Notes: generated by a model not told the origin, from the letters alone. A stretch of DNA of 57,881 nt from an uncultured Planctomycetales bacterium (GCA_964499685.1 CAZCLW010000008.1:3784-61664); one strand, 5' to 3'. Numbered from the stretch's first letter, positions 26,813-35,707 are shown. Numbers and translations: made by a program.

Positions 26813-27033
26813 ATTTACTTTTGGATATAGCGATATACAAGAGAGTCCTTTTGAGACCCATTTTAATTTGGCTGCTCTATATCGTTTATCGACATGCCTA
26901 TCGGTGGATTAGCCAGCCCGATAGATTTGCCGACATAGTTAATACCTTGTGCAAAGCAAAAATTTACTCAGTCGAAAGAAATTCCACCACCACCGCACCA
27001 CCACAAATGAGGAAAAATTGCTAAAGATGAAAC

Positions 27034-27059
27034 AAAAAAGCCCCAGCTTGTGCTGAGGC
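27034..27059 (-). terminator. Rho-independent terminator about 90 nt downstream of the tmRNA 3' end, supplied by the island
   Basis: The minus strand reads GCCTCAGC-ACAA-GCTGGGGC followed by TTTTTTGTTT. The 8-bp stem has one mismatch. Confidence 0.5.
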
Positions 27060-27146
27060 ATATTTGTGTGAATCCTATTCAAAACAGGGGGTTTTTGCAA
27101 GTTTCCAGAGAAAATTAGCAACAGTTGGAAACTGTGATAAAAAGAA

Positions 27147-27163
27147 TGGTGGAGGTGCCGGGG
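27147..27163. repeat. Proximal attachment-site repeat, which is the functional 3' end of ssrA
   Basis: TGGTGGAGGTGCCGGGG is identical to 17014-17030. Confidence 0.75.
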
Positions 27164-27537
27164 ATCGAACCCGGGTCCTTGGGCTCCATTGCATAAGCGT
27201 CTACATGCGTAGTCTGTTTTTGATTTCATCCCGCTCCTTTAAACAGACAAACGTGAACGGGACTATCTTCCTTAAGTTTCGCTCCGCCGACGAAAGCGAT
27301 CGGTGGAGCTATCCTGCTAGGGTCATCCTAAAGAGCCGCAGGAACTCTCCCTAAGACGGCATCGCGCTATTAGGCGATGGCTGGTTCGCTGTTGAAAACG
27401 TTATTCACGATTTCTTCAGCTTGCGCTAACGTTGTGTCGTTTGCGTGTATGTGTGCCTAGATGATTAACGAGGCCAACCAGGCTTCCTCGGCATGCGACC
27501 TATACACTGAGAACTCAAGTCGAGACCAATCACCCCC
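27147..27537 (-). ncRNA. ssrA: tmRNA (SsrA), 391 nt
   Basis: The minus strand starts GGGGGTGATTGGTCTCGAC and ends GGGTTCGATCCCCGGCACCTCCACCA. The acceptor stem GGGGGUG/CACCUCC has the G3:U pair, and the T-arm is CCGGG-TTCGATC-CCCGG. The internal tag frame GCA AAC GAC ... GCC TAA TAG encodes ANDTTLAQAEEIVNNVFNSEPAIA. smpB lies 1.3 kb away. Confidence 0.93.
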
Positions 27538-27554
27538 ATATATAGGTAAACATA

Positions 27555-27583
27555 ATTATAAAGGATGATGGCCGAAATGACAA
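27555..27583 (-). promoter_or_regulatory. Sigma70-like promoter for ssrA
   Basis: The minus strand reads TTGTCA, a 17-bp spacer, then TATAAT. It ends 17 nt upstream of the mature tmRNA 5' end. Confidence 0.5.
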
Positions 27584-27593
27584 GAAAGTGCCT

Positions 27594-28862
27594 TTAGCGC
27601 CCCTTTTCTTCGAGCGCGCGCAAGGCGCTTCTCGCAGTGATGTCTTTGGGGTTGGCCTTGAGCCAAAAATTCAAATAAGCCCTTTCATTTTTCCAAAAGG
27701 CGTTGTGCTGGCGCGCCAACAGGATCAGGGTAAGAAAAATGAGCGCAAGCCCTGCACGCCAGGCTTTAGACGGTATTTTAGGCTTTAACGACAAGAGGCC
27801 ATAAGCCGTCAACGTAAAAAAACCGATCGAAGCAAATGCAAACCAATGGGGTTCGATGATCACGACCTTGCCGCCCAAATGCGCGTACACAAGGCTGGCC
27901 GGAACATAAAAAATGAACCCTGTAAGAAAAAATCCAAGTGCGAAAGACAAAACACTTTTTTTCCAGCGCGTGAATAAATAAACACACACAAAGACCGTCA
28001 GCCAAAACATAAGATTCAAGATGAATAAAGAGCCGTCCGCGGCGATCACCGTCCAGTTAACAAGGATAATCTCGACGGGGACGATCAATCTTGAGATGTA
28101 CCAGTACGCCAACGGAAAAAGCGCGGCCACGTAGGACGTCCAGCCTATGGGAAGCGCCAGCCAGGCACCAATTGGTCTCTGATCGATCTGGCTTCTGAGC
28201 AGGATAAACAGCAGCAAGACCGTGGCGAACGGCAGCATGTAACGGATGACCGCGGCCCATTTTTCTCTATAAAAGAAATAGGTGATCAAAATAAGATACA
28301 ACGGCAGGCTGATGCTGAGTTCGTGACTGAATAAACTTAAAGCGTACAAAAGAAGGCACACAAAATACCATTCCCACTTTTTCTCCCGGAGAAAATGCAT
28401 CCATGCCACGGTACCCAATTGCATCAGCAAAATAAAAAGTATCAGCCCGCTTCCCGTCTTGTAATTAACCAGCAGATTATTGATCGGATGGACCGTGTAA
28501 AGACTGGCGGCCAGCAAGGCCAGCTTTTCATTGTTCAATAAATTATGTAAAATATAAAAGAACAGCCAGCCGGTGGCGATGAACATGATCAAATTCGCCG
28601 CATGGTAACCAATGGGGTTTTGACCAAAGGCCATGTGAAGGAGCTTATACAAAAGTAAGGCCGCCGGCCGGAAGATCCCCTGAAAACCCTGAAGGATCAA
28701 CGAGGCCCCAGAGGAAAGACCTATCCCGTCCTTAGGATTGAAAAACATGACCTCATCCAGGTAAAATTCGTGCGCCAACGCGTTCCCGTAGGAGACCAGC
28801 GCCAGGGCTAAAATCAGAACATAAGGGAAAACGGAAGATTTGAAAAGACGCTCGGGGATCAT
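27594..28862 (-). CDS. Polytopic membrane protein, GT-C-like by topology only
   Basis: 422 aa with about 11 hydrophobic segments. It overlaps smpB by 4 nt. No catalytic motif recognised. Confidence 0.45.
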   Translation of the reverse strand: MIPERLFKSSVFPYVLILALALVSYGNALAHEFYLDEVMFFNPKDGIGLSSGASLILQGFQGIFRPAALLLYKLLHMAFGQNPIGYHAANLIMFIATGWLFFYILHNLLNNEKLALLAASLYTVHPINNLLVNYKTGSGLILFILLMQLGTVAWMHFLREKKWEWYFVCLLLYALSLFSHELSISLPLYLILITYFFYREKWAAVIRYMLPFATVLLLFILLRSQIDQRPIGAWLALPIGWTSYVAALFPLAYWYISRLIVPVEIILVNWTVIAADGSLFILNLMFWLTVFVCVYLFTRWKKSVLSFALGFFLTGFIFYVPASLVYAHLGGKVVIIEPHWFAFASIGFFTLTAYGLLSLKPKIPSKAWRAGLALIFLTLILLARQHNAFWKNERAYLNFWLKANPKDITARSALRALEEKGR

Positions 28863-29311
28863 TTTCGCTGTTTGACGACCCGGTCCAGACCGCGCTCGAT
28901 GTCGCGTTTTTTGATGTCTTCGCGCCGGTCATACTGCTTTTTGCCTTTACCGAGAGCGATCTCGACTTTCACGAACCCGCGTTTATTGAAATAAAGCTTC
29001 GTCGGGATAAGGATGAGCTTTTTCTGGGCGACCAGGCCGATGATCTTCAGGATCTCCTTTTTATGCAAAAGGAGCTTGCGCGGCCGGTCAGGGTCTTCGT
29101 TCATGAGGCCGGCCTGCAGATAAGGGGCGATATGGAGGTTGTAGAGATACAGTTCCTCGCCCTGCATGCGGGCAAAACTGTCTTTGAAGTTGACCTCCCC
29201 GGCACGGACGGATTTGACCTCCCCGCCGGTCAAGGCGATACCGCACTCCCAGTGGTCCGTAAAGAAATAGTCGCGGAAGGCTTTTTTGTTCGTGGCGATC
29301 GTTGCCGACAT
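28859..29311 (-). CDS. smpB: SsrA-binding protein SmpB
   Basis: 150 aa with NKKAFRDYF, GIALTGGEVKS, LYLYNLHIAPY, RPRKLLLHKKEI, ALGKGKKQYDRREDIKKRD. Confidence 0.93.
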   Translation of the reverse strand: MSATIATNKKAFRDYFFTDHWECGIALTGGEVKSVRAGEVNFKDSFARMQGEELYLYNLHIAPYLQAGLMNEDPDRPRKLLLHKKEILKIIGLVAQKKLILIPTKLYFNKRGFVKVEIALGKGKKQYDRREDIKKRDIERGLDRVVKQRK

Positions 29312-29540
29312 ACTTATTTTTCTCTGAAATTTTTTAGAATGAAATAAGTATAGTACTGATTTCCTCTAACACCTTTATTGAAAAATCAGTACATGATGGG
29401 TGAGATTATAACATAAAATTGACATCCCAAAGCTTTCTTTAGTATACTGTGTATTCCTTAAAGGAATGCGGAACCCTTTTCGCCTGTCCCTGACTCAAAG
29501 GGTTCCTTAGTTCTATCTAAATAAACACCGATTGTAAACT

Positions 29541-29625
29541 GCGGAAGTGGCGGAATTGGTATACGCGTACGTCTCAGAAGCGTATGGCGAAAGCCTTGAG
29601 AGTTCGAGTCTCTCCTTCCGCACCA
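29541..29625 (+). tRNA. tRNA-Leu (anticodon CAG), type II with a long variable arm and encoded CCA
   Basis: Acceptor stem GCGGAAG/CTTCCGC. Anticodon stem-loop TACGT-CTCAGAA-GCGTA. Variable arm GGCGAAAGCC. T-arm GAGAG-TTCGAGT-CTCTC. Ends in ACCA. Confidence 0.9.
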
Positions 29626-29706
29626 TTTTATATTTGTCCTTGCAGTTCCTTTCTTCGCATAATACAATAGGGCAATTTTAAAAGAAGCAAAAAAAGGATT
29701 TACCCC

Positions 29707-32388
29707 ATGGATGAAAGCAATGTAAACGGCAAGACCTATCAGGTCGATGAAGTCGAGATCCGGGACTGGCTCGCTTCATTGGACTACGTCCTGAAGCATG
29801 GGACCGATGAACAGGCCCAAAAGATCCTCCAGCAGCTTCAGATCCGCGCCCAAGAGGCCGGCGTCACTCTTCCCTTTGTCGCCAACACTCCTTATATCAA
29901 TACCATACCGGTTGAAAAGCAGCCCCCCTTCCCGGGAAACCGTGAGATCGAGCGGCGCATCAAAAGCATTGTCCGCTGGAACGCCATGGCCATGGTGGTC
30001 CGCGGCAATAAGGCTGAAGCCGGCATAGGCGGTCATATCTCGACCTTTGCCTCTTCCGCCACCCTTTTTGAGATCGGGTTTAACCACTTTTTCCGGGCCC
30101 GGACCGATGATTTTTGCGGGGATTTTGTCTTTTTCCAGGGGCACGCTTCCCCCGGTGTTTATTCGCGCGCTTTCGTGGAAGGGCGTTTGACCGAAAAGAA
30201 CCTGGAGAACTTCCGCCGTGAACTGCAGCCTGAAGGCGGACTTTCTTCATATCCGCACCCCTGGCTCATGCCGAACTTCTGGCAATTCCCGACCGTATCC
30301 ATGGGCCTGGGGCCCATCATGTCCATTTACCTGGCCCGTTTCAACCGCTATCTCGAAGACCGCGGATTGAAGCCCAAAGACGACCATAAAGTCTGGGCCT
30401 TTATCGGTGACGGCGAATGCGATGAACCCGAAACCCTGGGCGCCATTCATCTTGCCTCGCGCGAAAAGCTAGATAATCTTATCTTTGTCATCAACTGCAA
30501 CCTCCAGCGCCTCGACGGACCCGTACGCGGCAACGGCAAGATCATCCAGGAACTTGAAGCCCTTTTCCGCGGCGCGCAATGGAACGTCGTCAAAGTCATC
30601 TGGGGGAGCGACTGGGACCCGCTTTTGGAAAAAGACAACGAAGGCCTGCTCGCCAAACGCATGGGCGAAGTGGTCGACGGCCAGTACCAAAAATATTCCG
30701 TCTCACCGGGCGATTATATCCGCGAGGATTTCTTCGGCGCCCATCCCAAATTAATGGAAATGGTCCGCCACCTTTCCGATGATGAACTGCAAAAGATGAA
30801 GCGCGGTGGCCATGATCCGGAAAAAGTATACGCCGCCTATAAAGCCGCCGTGGCCTTCAAAGGCGCGCCCACCGTTATTCTGGCCAAGACCATCAAAGGC
30901 TACGGCCTGGGCGAAAGCGGCGAGGGTAAGAATATCACGCATCAGCAGAAAAAACTCAATCAGGACGAGCTGAAAGAATTCCGTACGCGCTTTAACATCC
31001 CGATCCAGGACGACAAGGTCGTCGACACTCCCTTCTACCGTCCGCCGGAAGATTCGCCGGAAATGAAATACCTGCGCGAACGCCGCGAGAGCCTGGGCGG
31101 TTATCTGCCTCAACGTTTTGAAACCAGCACACCGCTTCAAACCCCTTCGGAAGAACTGTTCGAAGAATTTTATGCCGGTACCGAAGGCCGGGAAGTTTCC
31201 ACGACCATGGCGTATGTCCGCATCCTGACCAAACTGCTCAAAGATCCGGGCGTGGGTAAACTGATCGTCCCGATCATTCCGGACGAAGCCCGCACCTTTG
31301 GTATGGAAGCGCTCTTTCGTCAATGCGGCATCTATTCCCATGTCGGCCAGCTTTATGAACCCGTCGACAAAGACAGCCTGCTGTATTATAAGGAAGCCAA
31401 GGACGGACAGATCCTGGAAGAAGGCATCAACGAAGCCGGTTCCATGTCATCTTTCATTGCCGCCGGCACCGCCTATTCCACACAAGGCATCAACACCATT
31501 CCGTTTTATACCTATTATTCGATGTTCGGGCCGCAGCGCGTGGGAGACCTCATCTGGGCCGCTGCGGATATGCGCTGCCGCGGTTTTATGGCCGGCGCCA
31601 CATCGGGACGCACGACCCTAAACGGAGAAGGCTTGCAGCATCAGGACGGACACAGCCATCTTCTCTTTTCATCCGTGCCCACATGCCTGGCCTACGATCC
31701 GGCCTTCGCATATGAACTGGCTGTCATTATCCGCGACGGTATTCACCGTATGTACGAAAAACAGGAAAGTGTGTTTTATTACTTGAGTATCGGCAATGAA
31801 AATTATGCCATGCCGCCCATGCCCGAAGGGGTCAAGGAAGGCATCTTAAAGGGCATATACAAATTCAAGGCCTCGGATAAAAAAGACGCTAAATTAAAGG
31901 CCCACCTGTTCGGCAGCGGCGCGATCATGAACCAGGTCGTCGAAGCGCAGAAGATCCTGGAAGAAAAATATAACGTCTCCACCGACGTCTGGAGCGTCAC
32001 CAGCTACAACCAATTGCGTAAAGAAGCTTTGGAAATAGAACGATGGAACATGTTCCATCCGACGGAAAAACCTAAAGTCCCTTATATCACGCAATCTGTG
32101 GCGGACGAAAAAGGTGTGTTCATCGCCGCCTCCGATTATATGAAGGCCTTGCCCGATGGGATATCCAAATGGGTACCGCAGGGATTATTCTCTCTGGGGA
32201 CCGACGGTTTCGGCCGCAGCGAAAGCCGCAAAGCCTTACGTGATTTCTTTGAAGTGGATGCACGCCACATCACCTTCGCGACACTAGTCGAGCTTCACCG
32301 TAAAGGCGAAGTAAAACAGGACGTGCTTTCCAGGGCGATGAAGGATCTGCATATCAACCCGGATAAATTAAATCCGATGGTATCATAG
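29707..32388 (+). CDS. aceE: Pyruvate dehydrogenase E1 component, homodimeric type
   Basis: 893 aa. The length and sequence are typical of AceE (GGHISTFASSATL, GDGECDEPE, NCNLQRLDGPVRGN). Confidence 0.93.
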   Translation: MDESNVNGKTYQVDEVEIRDWLASLDYVLKHGTDEQAQKILQQLQIRAQEAGVTLPFVANTPYINTIPVEKQPPFPGNREIERRIKSIVRWNAMAMVVRGNKAEAGIGGHISTFASSATLFEIGFNHFFRARTDDFCGDFVFFQGHASPGVYSRAFVEGRLTEKNLENFRRELQPEGGLSSYPHPWLMPNFWQFPTVSMGLGPIMSIYLARFNRYLEDRGLKPKDDHKVWAFIGDGECDEPETLGAIHLASREKLDNLIFVINCNLQRLDGPVRGNGKIIQELEALFRGAQWNVVKVIWGSDWDPLLEKDNEGLLAKRMGEVVDGQYQKYSVSPGDYIREDFFGAHPKLMEMVRHLSDDELQKMKRGGHDPEKVYAAYKAAVAFKGAPTVILAKTIKGYGLGESGEGKNITHQQKKLNQDELKEFRTRFNIPIQDDKVVDTPFYRPPEDSPEMKYLRERRESLGGYLPQRFETSTPLQTPSEELFEEFYAGTEGREVSTTMAYVRILTKLLKDPGVGKLIVPIIPDEARTFGMEALFRQCGIYSHVGQLYEPVDKDSLLYYKEAKDGQILEEGINEAGSMSSFIAAGTAYSTQGINTIPFYTYYSMFGPQRVGDLIWAAADMRCRGFMAGATSGRTTLNGEGLQHQDGHSHLLFSSVPTCLAYDPAFAYELAVIIRDGIHRMYEKQESVFYYLSIGNENYAMPPMPEGVKEGILKGIYKFKASDKKDAKLKAHLFGSGAIMNQVVEAQKILEEKYNVSTDVWSVTSYNQLRKEALEIERWNMFHPTEKPKVPYITQSVADEKGVFIAASDYMKALPDGISKWVPQGLFSLGTDGFGRSESRKALRDFFEVDARHITFATLVELHRKGEVKQDVLSRAMKDLHINPDKLNPMVS

Positions 32389-32462
32389 TGTCAAGCTTCA
32401 AGTGTCAGGTTTAAAGCAAATCCACTTGACACTTAAAACTTGAAACCTAAAACTAACTGATT

Positions 32463-33788
32463 ATGCTCGAATTCAAACTTCCTGAATTAGGCGAAAACAT
32501 CACCGGCGGGACAGCGGTCAAGATCAACGTCAAGGCCGGCGACCAGGTCAAAAAGGACCAGCCGCTCGTGGAGATCGAGACCGACAAGGCGACGATCGAG
32601 GTCCCTTCTCCTGCCGACGGTGTCATTAAAGAAATTTTGATCAAAGAGAACAGCCAGATCAAAGTCGGCCAGACGCTGATGAAGATCGAGGCTGGCGCAG
32701 CCGCCAAAGCCGAGGCCCCTTCAAAGCCGGAGGCCAAACCTGCCGCCAAAGAAACGCCAAAGCCCCCAACCAAACCAGAAGCTCCGGCCAAAACCAAACC
32801 TGCTGAATCCGAACACCCGGACCGCGTCAAGCCGCCGATCGCCACCCCGGATGCACAGATCATTCCGCAGATGACCGTGGCCCCGGCCGCCAAAGAAGTC
32901 CCGGCGCCGCCTTCGGTACGTAAATTTGCCCGCGAGATCGGTATTGATATCACCCAGGTCCCCGGTTCAGGTCCTGGCGGACGCATCTCCACCGATGATG
33001 TCAAGGCTTTCGCCAAGCGCCTCAACACCGGCGCGGTTGCCCGCGGTGCCGGCGCAGGTGTGGCCCAGCCGCCCTTGCCTAATTTTGCCAAATGGGGCTC
33101 AGTCGAACGTAAACCTATGAACAATATCCGCCGGAAAACCGCGGAGCATTTAAGCCATTCCTGGAACGCCATCCCGCATGTCACGCAATTCGACAAGACC
33201 GATATTACGGAGTTGGAACGCTTGCGCAAGAAAATCTCGACCAAAGACAAAAAGGTCACGATCACACCGTTTATCATGAAAGTCATGGCCTCGGCCTTGA
33301 AAACATTCCCGCAATTCAATACCAGCGTGGACATGGGTACCAGCGAAGTCGTTTACAAAAAATATTATCATATCGGTGTGGCCGTGGACACGGACCGCGG
33401 GCTTATCGTCCCGGTCGTGCGCGATGTCGACAAGAAAAGTATTTTACAGCTCGCCGATGAATTGAATGAGATCGCCGAAAAGGCCCGCAACAAAAAGACA
33501 TCCTTGGAAGAAATGCAGGGCGGCTGTTTTACCCTGACCAATTTGGGTGGTATCGGCGGGACATCGTTCACGCCTATCGTTAACTGGCCGGAAGTCGCCA
33601 TCCTCGGCGTTTCCCGCGCCCAATGGGAACCGACCTATATCGACAATCAATTTATCCCGCGGCTCATGCTTCCCCTTTCCTTGTCCTACGATCACCGTGT
33701 CATCGACGGCGCGGACGGGGCAAGATTTTTACGCTGGATCTGCGATGCCATTCAGCAGCCCTTTTTGATGGAATTGGAACGAAGCTGA
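32463..33788 (+). CDS. aceF: Dihydrolipoamide acetyltransferase (E2) with a single lipoyl domain
   Basis: Lipoyl motif VEIETDKATIEVPSP, an Ala/Pro-rich linker, peripheral subunit-binding domain PSVRKFAREIGIDITQVPGSGPGGRI, and catalytic motif SYDHRVIDGA. Confidence 0.92.
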   Translation: MLEFKLPELGENITGGTAVKINVKAGDQVKKDQPLVEIETDKATIEVPSPADGVIKEILIKENSQIKVGQTLMKIEAGAAAKAEAPSKPEAKPAAKETPKPPTKPEAPAKTKPAESEHPDRVKPPIATPDAQIIPQMTVAPAAKEVPAPPSVRKFAREIGIDITQVPGSGPGGRISTDDVKAFAKRLNTGAVARGAGAGVAQPPLPNFAKWGSVERKPMNNIRRKTAEHLSHSWNAIPHVTQFDKTDITELERLRKKISTKDKKVTITPFIMKVMASALKTFPQFNTSVDMGTSEVVYKKYYHIGVAVDTDRGLIVPVVRDVDKKSILQLADELNEIAEKARNKKTSLEEMQGGCFTLTNLGGIGGTSFTPIVNWPEVAILGVSRAQWEPTYIDNQFIPRLMLPLSLSYDHRVIDGADGARFLRWICDAIQQPFLMELERS

Positions 33789-33798
33789 TCCCCTTGCT

Positions 33799-35214
33799 AT
33801 GCCAAATAATCATACACAACTAGTCGTTATCGGCGGCGGTCCCGGAGGATACGCCGCGGCTTTCCGCGCGGCTGACTTAGGCCTGCAGGTTGCAGTCGTG
33901 GATTCAGAGAAGAATCCCGGCGGCGTCTGCGTTTACCGCGGATGCATCCCGTCAAAAGCCCTGCTGCATGCGGCCAAGGTCCTTTCGGAAGCGCGCGAAG
34001 CCAAAGAGATGGGCATTGAGTTCGCCCAGCCCAAGATCGACGTCAATAAATTAAGAGAATGGAAAAACGGGGTTGTGGCCAAACTGACCGGCGGGGCGGG
34101 CATGCTTTCCAAACAGCGCAAGGTCAACTGGATCCAGGGCCAAGCCACGTTCATCAATTCCTCTTCGCTTAAGATCAAGAAGGCCGACGGCGGCGAACAG
34201 ACCCTTTCGTTCGACCATGCGGTCATCGCGACCGGCTCTTACCCTATCAGCCTTCCCTTCGCCCCCAAGTCGCCGCGCGTACTGGACTCAACGACGGCGC
34301 TGGACCTGGCCGATGTCCCGGAAAAACTTTTGGTCATCGGCGGCGGATACATCGGGTTAGAACTGGGCACGGTTTATCAGGCATTGGGCAGCAAGGTCTC
34401 GGTCGTTGAAATGCTTCCCAATCTGCTCATGGGCGCGGACAGGGACCTCGCCATGGTCCTGGAAAAAAGACTGCAAAAAATATTCAGCGCAATCAAGGTG
34501 AGTACGAAAGTCACTAAAATGGAAGAAAGCAAAAGCGGCATTGCGGTCACGTTTGAAGACGGCAGCGGAAAGAGCTCCACCGAGGAATACGATAAAGTTT
34601 TGGTCGCTATCGGCCGCAAACCCAATTCCAAAAATTTAGGGCTTGAGAATACCAAGGTAAAGGTCAACGAAAAAGGATTTATTACGATAAACGGCCAGCG
34701 CCAGACGACCGATCCCAAAATTTACGCGATCGGGGATGTGGCCGGCGAACCCATGCTGGCGCATAAAGCGACCCATGAAGGATTGGTCGCCGTGGAAGCG
34801 ATCGCCGGACACAAGGTCGCCTTTGAACCCAACGCCATCCCGGCCGTTGTCTTCACCGACCCTGAGATCGCCTGGTGCGGCTTGACCGAAAACGAAGCCA
34901 AAAAAGAGAACCGCCAAATCGAAGTGGTGAAATATCCTTGGGGCGCTTCCGGACGGGCGGTAACGCTTAATCGTACCGACGGATTGACCAAACTCATCAT
35001 CGATCCTCAGTCGCAGCGGGTTTTAGGAATGGCGATCGTGGGGGTAGGCGCGGGCGAACTCATCGCCGAAGGCGTTCTGGCGGTCGAGATGGGCGCTCTG
35101 GCCGCGGACATCAAATTAACCATCCATCCTCATCCCACCCTGACCGAAACGGTCATGGAAACAGCCGAAACCTTTTTCGGCCAAAGCATCCATTTTTATA
35201 AACCAAAAAAATAA
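33799..35214 (+). CDS. lpdA: Dihydrolipoyl dehydrogenase (E3)
   Basis: GGGPGGY FAD motif, redox-active GGVCVYRGCIPSK, NAD motif VIGGGYIGLE, and C-terminal HPHPTLTE. Confidence 0.93.
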   Translation: MPNNHTQLVVIGGGPGGYAAAFRAADLGLQVAVVDSEKNPGGVCVYRGCIPSKALLHAAKVLSEAREAKEMGIEFAQPKIDVNKLREWKNGVVAKLTGGAGMLSKQRKVNWIQGQATFINSSSLKIKKADGGEQTLSFDHAVIATGSYPISLPFAPKSPRVLDSTTALDLADVPEKLLVIGGGYIGLELGTVYQALGSKVSVVEMLPNLLMGADRDLAMVLEKRLQKIFSAIKVSTKVTKMEESKSGIAVTFEDGSGKSSTEEYDKVLVAIGRKPNSKNLGLENTKVKVNEKGFITINGQRQTTDPKIYAIGDVAGEPMLAHKATHEGLVAVEAIAGHKVAFEPNAIPAVVFTDPEIAWCGLTENEAKKENRQIEVVKYPWGASGRAVTLNRTDGLTKLIIDPQSQRVLGMAIVGVGAGELIAEGVLAVEMGALAADIKLTIHPHPTLTETVMETAETFFGQSIHFYKPKK

Positions 35215-35288
35215 AAGCCACATGTCACAAGTCAAATGTCACATGTAAAGCATTCATGTGACTTGTGACCTGTGTCATGTGACTTGTA

Positions 35289-35681
35289 TTAAACTTCCTG
35301 CCCCAGCGTGGCCTTGATCACCTTTTTGACATCGTCGATCTCGAACGGTTTTTTCAGGCAGGTGACCGCGCCCAATTCCTTGGCCTTGGTCTTTTTATCC
35401 TCCACCGAATAACCGCTCATCATGACCACCGGAAGCCGCGGGGCGTTCTTCTTGATGTCCTCCAGCAACTGCACGCCGTCGCGCTCAGGCATGACGATAT
35501 CGACAAAGGCAATATCAAAATCTTGGTTCTTGATCGCCTCCAGGGCCTCAAAGGCACTATTGACGATCGTAATGATATGGCCGCCGTAACCGAGCGTAAA
35601 ATCGAAGAGATCGCCGATCACTTTCTTGTCGTCTACAACCAGGATACGTAATTTATTCATGTTAATATAAGTATACCTCAA
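35289..35681 (-). CDS. Single-domain response regulator (REC)
   Basis: 130 aa with ILVVDDK, DIAFVDIVMPERDG, VMMSG and KKPF. Confidence 0.85.
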   Translation of the reverse strand: MRYTYINMNKLRILVVDDKKVIGDLFDFTLGYGGHIITIVNSAFEALEAIKNQDFDIAFVDIVMPERDGVQLLEDIKKNAPRLPVVMMSGYSVEDKKTKAKELGAVTCLKKPFEIDDVKKVIKATLGQEV

Positions 35682-35707
35682 AAATTACTTCTGGGAAACC
35701 ATAACTT

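Larger units (their letters stand above)
17014..27163. mobile_element. Integrative element of about 10.1 kb inserted in the 3' end of ssrA
   Basis: It is bounded by perfect 17-bp direct repeats of the tmRNA end. It is visibly more AT-rich than both flanks. It encodes a tyrosine integrase, a serine recombinase, HUH Rep plus PolA, an XRE regulator and a SIR2-containing operon. The flanks are core genes. Confidence 0.8.

Noticed and set aside
26939-27354. Two 96-aa ORFs (26939-27229 minus, 27064-27354 plus)
   Set aside because: They overlap the tmRNA gene and its terminator. The RNA gene, with clear acceptor and T-arm structure, explains the region.
29458-29667. 69-aa minus-strand ORF
   Set aside because: It is antisense to, and fully spans, the well-formed tRNA-Leu(CAG).
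32453-33334. 293-aa minus-strand ORF antisense to aceF
   Set aside because: This long antisense frame is created by the Ala/Pro-rich linker and GC-rich codons of the E2 gene. The plus-strand E2 has lipoyl, PSBD and catalytic motifs.
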